DNA of 60,967 bases from a virus (Duplodnaviria > Caudoviricetes), in IMG/VR virus record IMGVR_UViG_3300046820_000595, positions 1 to 60,967 of that record; one strand, 5' to 3'. This document shows positions 55,688 to 60,967 of this stretch, one piece after another. The position numbers were made by a program, and so were the translations under genes. The notes under the pieces were generated by a model. It did no database searches, was not told where the DNA came from, and saw only the letters and a list, made by a program, of their open reading frames with translations. The stretch's first letter is position 1. Every line of letters begins with the position of its first letter.

Positions 55688-58009
55688 ATGTCACTACAAG
55701 AAAGCACTAAGGAATTGGATGTTATGGCCGAAGGGCTAAAGGGCATTGACAAGGAAACTGGCAAGGCTCCCAAAGAGCGCATGTTACGTCCTGCTGCTTT
55801 GCGTAGTATTCATGATAAGAACATTACCGACGATGAAGTTGGCAGCTACAATCGTAGTTTGGTTCAAGCCGATATGGATTTTGCGCCTCCATTTGATGAA
55901 AAAGAGTTGGCGGAAAAAGGACAAGGAGACAGATTTAACTTTAACACAGGCGAAGCAGCCGCAATTAAAAATGAAGCAGTTAGTGGTTACGTTGATATAT
56001 ACAGCACTCCGACAACGATTGCTGAAATTCCTCTCAAGAACATTGAAGAGCCGATGAAGAGCCTTTATGAGAAGATCATGGCGGAAGAATTTACTTCCAT
56101 GGATCGCGCTCATGATTCCTCGTTCCCAACATTCTTGCAGCTTTGCGACCTTTACGTAACTCACGGGGTTGCTATTGGTTATTTTGAAGACAAACAAACA
56201 ATGCACTTCAAAGTTGGTGGTCTTGACCGATTCAAGTTTCCACGCAAGACAACAATCATCACAAGCGATTTGACGCTTTGCACGTGTGACTCAACAATGT
56301 CAGTTATCGACTTGTATCAAAAGATTTCTGGAGATACGCCACTTAAAGGCTGGAATAAGGATGCCGTTATTAAGGCAATTGTAAATGCTGCATCCCAAAA
56401 AGCAACGCGCTGGAACGAATGGGAAAAAGTTCAAGAGGACATTAAGAGCAATGACGTTTATCTTGAGTCTCAAGTTGATGTCATTGAATTGGTTTATGGA
56501 TGGGTTGTAGAATTTGATAAGAGTGTTTCTTTTTACATTACAACCAAGAATGGACACCTGCCTGGAACTACTGAAGCTGAAGAGGAGTTTCTTTTCAAAG
56601 AAGTAAGCTACTACAAGAGTGTTCAAGAGGCGTTTCAAATTTTTGCTTTTACCATTGGTAACAATGCTCGCATCCATTCTGTTCGCGGCTTGGGTTATTT
56701 GATTTATCAGATTTGCAATGCAATGAATGTGCTGACATGCAAAATGATGGATAATGCGCGTGTTGAAGGATCAATGCTTTTCCAAGCTGGCACACAAGAA
56801 GACTTGGAGGACTTGGAGATTATCGACTTTGGTGGTGGCATTGCTTTGCCGCCTAGCCTAAGCATTCCAGCAAGAGGGCAAGCAGCCAATCTGAATAACT
56901 CAATGGTTCCAGCTATCAATCTCGGCCGTGGTCTTCTTGATCGCGCTACTGGTGGACTTAGCGCTGGCAACATGATTCTAGCTAACCAACAAGATCGTAG
57001 AACTAAGTTGGAAGTGTCTGCTCAATTGGACTGGATCAACAAACTCAATAGCTTTGCAATCAATTTGTTTTATGGCCCACTCGATCATTTGATGCGCGAA
57101 AAAGTTAAACGTGCATTCACTGTGCGCCAACCAGATCAAAAAAGCAGAGAGATGGTGGAAAGCATGAAGGAACGCTGCCGCTTGCGTGGAGTTCCCGATA
57201 TTGTTTTTGACCAGATTGATTACGAGAAGGTTAAAGCTCAACGCATTATTGGCACTGGTTCACGTGTTAGCCGTGTAATGATTTACGATCAATTGCAACA
57301 AATGTATGCGAGCATGGATGAAATCGGCCGTAAGAACTTCACCTTTGATGTTGCATCCGAACTTATTGGCGCTGATAAAACTACTCGCTACTTTGGTAGA
57401 ACGGAAGAGCAACGTCTCCCTATGGATGCAAAAATTGCAGAACTGGAAAATACTCAATTGCTACAAGGTCAACAAGTTGCGCCAATGGATGGAGAAATGC
57501 ACATTGTTCATATTCCTCGCCACTTGGCAGCCCTTGAAGAAGGATTGCAAGGAGTCGAGAATGGTCAAGTTGATCTTATGGAATACGCTGTATCGCGTTC
57601 TCCATTGCACGAACACCTTATCCAAACGCTACAGATCACAACTGTGCAGCCTGAGATTCAGGAGGAATACAATTCTTACGTGCAACGCGCACAGCAAATT
57701 GGTGAAATCATTGTTAATGGCATTCGTGCTTACAATAAACAGCAGCAACAAGCGGAAGAAGAAGCCGCTCAACAAGCCGCTCAAGGTCAGCCACAAGGAC
57801 AAGGTGAGCCTACAACTGATCCAGTAAAAGCGCAGGAGGCTAGAATGAAGCTCCAAATGCAAGCTGAAATTCATCAAGAAAAACTTCGTCAAATGAAAGA
57901 GCTTGGACAACAGAAGATTGTCCTAGAAACTCAAAAAGCAATGAGTCAAATTGCTGCAAAAGACGCAGAAACCCAAGCTAGAATTGAAAGAGCTAGAGCC
58001 TTGGGCTAA
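55688..58009 (+). CDS. Portal protein
   Basis: ~770 aa directly after terL, with a Gln-rich coiled-coil C-terminus as in podoviral portals; start set at ATG 55688. Confidence 0.75.
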   Translation: MSLQESTKELDVMAEGLKGIDKETGKAPKERMLRPAALRSIHDKNITDDEVGSYNRSLVQADMDFAPPFDEKELAEKGQGDRFNFNTGEAAAIKNEAVSGYVDIYSTPTTIAEIPLKNIEEPMKSLYEKIMAEEFTSMDRAHDSSFPTFLQLCDLYVTHGVAIGYFEDKQTMHFKVGGLDRFKFPRKTTIITSDLTLCTCDSTMSVIDLYQKISGDTPLKGWNKDAVIKAIVNAASQKATRWNEWEKVQEDIKSNDVYLESQVDVIELVYGWVVEFDKSVSFYITTKNGHLPGTTEAEEEFLFKEVSYYKSVQEAFQIFAFTIGNNARIHSVRGLGYLIYQICNAMNVLTCKMMDNARVEGSMLFQAGTQEDLEDLEIIDFGGGIALPPSLSIPARGQAANLNNSMVPAINLGRGLLDRATGGLSAGNMILANQQDRRTKLEVSAQLDWINKLNSFAINLFYGPLDHLMREKVKRAFTVRQPDQKSREMVESMKERCRLRGVPDIVFDQIDYEKVKAQRIIGTGSRVSRVMIYDQLQQMYASMDEIGRKNFTFDVASELIGADKTTRYFGRTEEQRLPMDAKIAELENTQLLQGQQVAPMDGEMHIVHIPRHLAALEEGLQGVENGQVDLMEYAVSRSPLHEHLIQTLQITTVQPEIQEEYNSYVQRAQQIGEIIVNGIRAYNKQQQQAEEEAAQQAAQGQPQGQGEPTTDPVKAQEARMKLQMQAEIHQEKLRQMKELGQQKIVLETQKAMSQIAAKDAETQARIERARALG

Positions 58010-58014
58010 TCTTT

Positions 58015-58251
58015 ATGACTGAAATTGAACAACAAACATTAAGTAGCTTGCTCTCCAACCCTGCAATGCAAAAGGCATTGGAAGAGGTTGCGGCAACTCG
58101 CAAAAAATCTGACATGGATAGCATTGAAAAAGCAGCCTTGTCTCAAGCATACAACGTGGGTCTTTTAGCTGGTCTAAACGGATTGCTCGAAGTTGCTAAA
58201 ATCAAACAAACATTAAGCATAACACCAAAAAAATTAAAGTATGAATCCTGA
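58015..58251 (+). CDS. Small head-assembly-region protein
   Basis: Helical 78-aa ORF between portal and scaffold. Confidence 0.6.
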   Translation: MTEIEQQTLSSLLSNPAMQKALEEVAATRKKSDMDSIEKAALSQAYNVGLLAGLNGLLEVAKIKQTLSITPKKLKYES

Positions 58252-59422
58252 AGACAACGACTTGGGCGGAGATGATATTTTTTCCGCAATGAACAGCGAG
58301 TTCCCACCCATTGACAGCGATGGCACAACTGATCCAGTTGATGATGGCGGGAGTAGTTTTGCACCTAATAACGAACCAAAAGAAGATAAGCCAAATGAAA
58401 GCAAGCCTAGTGAATCGGATCAAGTATCAGATGATACCAATCTTGATGAAGCTGATGATTTTTTCAATGATGATGACTCTTCTAATAATGATGAGTTTAG
58501 CGAGGAGTCTTTCGACAAAGAGACGGAAACACTTTCGCAAGGAATGGATAAAAAAGCATCCGATAAATTTAAGGAGCTACGCAATGAACTAAAGCAATTC
58601 AAGCAAAAGACTAAAGAGGTTTCTGTTCCTGAAGATGTTCAGGCGAAACTAAAAGACCTTGAAATCAAGGCAGCTGAAGCTGAAGGGTTGCGCCAACAAG
58701 TTGAAGAGCTTTCTTCGGTCAGCGCAAAGGTAAAGGTTGAACAAAGCAAAGAATACAAAGAGCGTATTCTTGTTCCAGTAATGGAAATCCTTACTGAGGC
58801 TGATGCTATTGCTGAAAAGCACGGAATTGAGTCAGATGTCATTCAGGCAATTATCCGTGAACAAGACAAAGAAACTCAAGTCGGATTAATTCATAGTCAC
58901 CTTAGCGATCTTAATGAGCTTGAAAAACAAGATGTTTATCGCATGATTTTTGACTTCAAGAATCTTAGTAAAGCGCGTGAAGAAATGCTGGCTGACGCAA
59001 GCAGCAAACTAAGCCAATTAGAGGCGGAGCAAATTGCTGAGCAAAATCGCATTGCAGCAGAAGAAAAGAAAGCTGTTCAAGAAATCCAAGTTAGTATTTG
59101 GGATAAATACAAAGAAATTATTCCTGGCTTTGTTAATGAGGATGGAGAGCCAACTGAAGATTGGAACAAATTGCGTAATCGAGCTTTGTCTATTGACTTC
59201 AGTAAGGCTGCTGGCAAAGACAAGGCTTACGCTGCTTTCGCTGGCGTTGCGCTTCCGCATGTAATCAAAGAATTGAATCATGCCAAGAAAATGCTTAAGG
59301 AATATAGCGGAAAAGAAGCTAATGAATTGCTTCGTCGGCCAAAGCTAGGGCAAGCTCCTGTAAGCGAAAACAACGATGATACAGACTTCCTTTCGCTCAT
59401 GCGCAAAACAAAATTCAAATAA
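58241..59422 (+). CDS. Putative capsid scaffolding protein
   Basis: Very acidic disordered N-terminus, then coiled coil; directly upstream of the capsid gene. Confidence 0.7.
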   Translation: MNPEDNDLGGDDIFSAMNSEFPPIDSDGTTDPVDDGGSSFAPNNEPKEDKPNESKPSESDQVSDDTNLDEADDFFNDDDSSNNDEFSEESFDKETETLSQGMDKKASDKFKELRNELKQFKQKTKEVSVPEDVQAKLKDLEIKAAEAEGLRQQVEELSSVSAKVKVEQSKEYKERILVPVMEILTEADAIAEKHGIESDVIQAIIREQDKETQVGLIHSHLSDLNELEKQDVYRMIFDFKNLSKAREEMLADASSKLSQLEAEQIAEQNRIAAEEKKAVQEIQVSIWDKYKEIIPGFVNEDGEPTEDWNKLRNRALSIDFSKAAGKDKAYAAFAGVALPHVIKELNHAKKMLKEYSGKEANELLRRPKLGQAPVSENNDDTDFLSLMRKTKFK

Positions 59423-59441
59423 GTAAAAAAAATAATTGACT

Positions 59442-59507
59442 AATGCTGCTATTTGAGCTAATTGTTCCTCGAACCATTTGAGGTGCATGGTTCTAAATAG
59501 CAGCATT
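59442..59507 (+). promoter_or_regulatory. Nested inverted repeats upstream of the capsid gene
   Basis: AATGCTGCTATTT (59442-59454)/AAATAGCAGCATT (59495-59507) enclosing GAACCAT/ATGGTTC; TTGACT immediately upstream. Confidence 0.55.
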
Positions 59508-59600
59508 TTCCGTTGGCTCGGTCGTTATCCGTTCTAGATATTACTGCTACAGGATTCATCCAGTAGTTTTACTTCTTAACATTTAACATACTACAAAATT

Positions 59601-60967
59601 ATGGCTAACGAAATCAATGACTGGCTGCTCCGCGAATCGGGCAGAATCACCCCTAACATTAACCAAAAAATGATGGCCAAGACTACCCCTTGGCTTACCC
59701 TGCACTCTCGTGAACAATGGGAAGAAGGCATGGGTCACACTCTGAAGACTTTTGTTTTCAACCGTGCTGAACTTACTGAAGACCCAGTTGACTGGGCTGA
59801 CATGTTCGACGAACCCGATGCTCCCGATGGTGGCAGCTGCGTTCCTCCTGCTGACGAAGTTAAATTCAGCCAATTGAGCCGTGAGTTCAATCTGAAAACC
59901 AAAGCTATTTGGGGTCCCAACATTTGTGTTAACAACCTTCGCTACACGTTTGTTCGTGAACAGCAAATGCAAGCCTCGATTAAGGCTCTTGCTGACCAAG
60001 CACGTGAAACGTGGATTGAGCGTTATCGCTCGGAATACACTCGTGTTGCCGACAACAAGGCTCTTGCTAACGCTTCCTTCTCGCTTGACGGTGGCAAATA
60101 CGACTCGTTCGACTTCCCAAGTCCAGGTGCTACTCCAGCAGTATCCATTCTTACTCAAGGTTTCCTTGATTATTGCTATGAATACCTGAATCATCAAGGC
60201 GCTCAAGAAGGCTCGATGGGCATGTCTGAGTCCCGTCCTGTTTATGGTCTTGTGACTAGCGCTCGCACTAGCCGCAACTTGATCATGGCAAATCCTGAAG
60301 TTCGTGAAGACTTCCGTTACTCGTCTCAAAACGAGAAGCTTCTTGCTCCTATGGGCGTGAAGTGGAACTACGCTGGCTTTACTCACTTGATTGACGACAA
60401 GACTCCTCGCTGGAACTGGCAGGCTGCCACGTCCGCTACTGGTGCAGTTGCAGGAACGACCCTTACGACTAGCGCAGCTTCTACGCTGACCGTTGGTTCG
60501 CAGGTTTACATTGGCTCAAATAAATACATTGTTCGTCGTGTTCTCAGCGGAACTACCTACACTGTTTCCAGCGTAACTGGTGGTGCTCCTACCGCACAAA
60601 CCGCAGCTGTTTACAGCGCATGGGTTAAAGTGCCTGAGTTCATCAAATCGCAAAGTGGTGTTGTCATTCCAAACCCTGCTTGGTTGTCGGCTGAGTATGA
60701 AGATAGCTTTATCTTCCACCAAAAAACTGAAGTGTGCTTGATTCCTAAGCCTCTTACGAATGTTGCTGGTGCTAAATTCGACCTTGTTAATCACGCTGGT
60801 GAGTTCTCTTGGAAGAACTACGCTGACGAAATCAAAAACCCTGATGGAACGATTGGTCGTTTCCGTGGTGTTCTCACCTCTGGAACTCGCCCTGAAAATC
60901 CTGAGTTTGGTATTGTCATTCGTCACAAAGCATGTCCGAACGCTTTCGGCATGATCACTGACTGCTC
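59601..60967 (+). CDS. Major capsid protein (3' end outside window; absent from ORF track)
   Basis: Open frame MANEINDWLLRESGRITPNI... running to the window end (>455 aa); biased codon usage; follows terminase-portal-scaffold. Confidence 0.8.
   Translation, partial: MANEINDWLLRESGRITPNINQKMMAKTTPWLTLHSREQWEEGMGHTLKTFVFNRAELTEDPVDWADMFDEPDAPDGGSCVPPADEVKFSQLSREFNLKTKAIWGPNICVNNLRYTFVREQQMQASIKALADQARETWIERYRSEYTRVADNKALANASFSLDGGKYDSFDFPSPGATPAVSILTQGFLDYCYEYLNHQGAQEGSMGMSESRPVYGLVTSARTSRNLIMANPEVREDFRYSSQNEKLLAPMGVKWNYAGFTHLIDDKTPRWNWQAATSATGAVAGTTLTTSAASTLTVGSQVYIGSNKYIVRRVLSGTTYTVSSVTGGAPTAQTAAVYSAWVKVPEFIKSQSGVVIPNPAWLSAEYEDSFIFHQKTEVCLIPKPLTNVAGAKFDLVNHAGEFSWKNYADEIKNPDGTIGRFRGVLTSGTRPENPEFGIVIRHKACPNAFGMITDC

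Noticed and set aside
59583-60386. 267-aa minus-strand ORF (and 60516-60926)
   Set aside because: Antisense shadows of the capsid gene, which the ORF track missed because it lacks a stop in the window.
1-60967. Alternative genetic code or prophage status
   Set aside because: Genes tile densely under the standard code with all three stops used; no integrase, att-like junction or host genes seen.

Overview
A 61-kb segment of a tailed dsDNA phage genome with podovirus-like organisation and no integrase or DNA polymerase in the window. 1-28 kb (+): tRNA-Met, a repeat-containing structural protein, a Ser-rich tail-fibre-like pair plus two glycosyltransferases, a connector-like protein, and three apparently Cys-free internal/ejection-type proteins, one of them 5498 aa with zincin (HExxH) motifs. 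28-53.8 kb (mostly -): early/replication genes (RNA ligase, primase-helicase, LmbU-like DNA-binding protein, DUF932, two HNH nucleases, SSB, PD-(D/E)XK nuclease, GHKL ATPase, tRNA-Arg, RadC, ThyX, MazG-like, many small ORFs), interrupted by three + strand islands with their own promoters. 53.9-61 kb (+): terminase large subunit, portal, scaffold and a major capsid gene cut by the window edge. The most notable unexplained signals are (1) a 14-bp palindrome TTTAG-N4-CTAAA in 12 perfect copies, mostly at gene junctions or beside promoters; (2) about 1 kb of structured non-coding sequence around the RNA ligase gene, including two non-tRNA stems ending in ACCA and a repeated GACACTCTGGAAAGACAGAG hairpin; (3) sigma70-like promoters with 16-bp spacers predicting leaderless mRNAs; (4) the giant protein; (5) a possible virion-glycosylation module. 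All family calls are from motif recognition by eye, not database searches.
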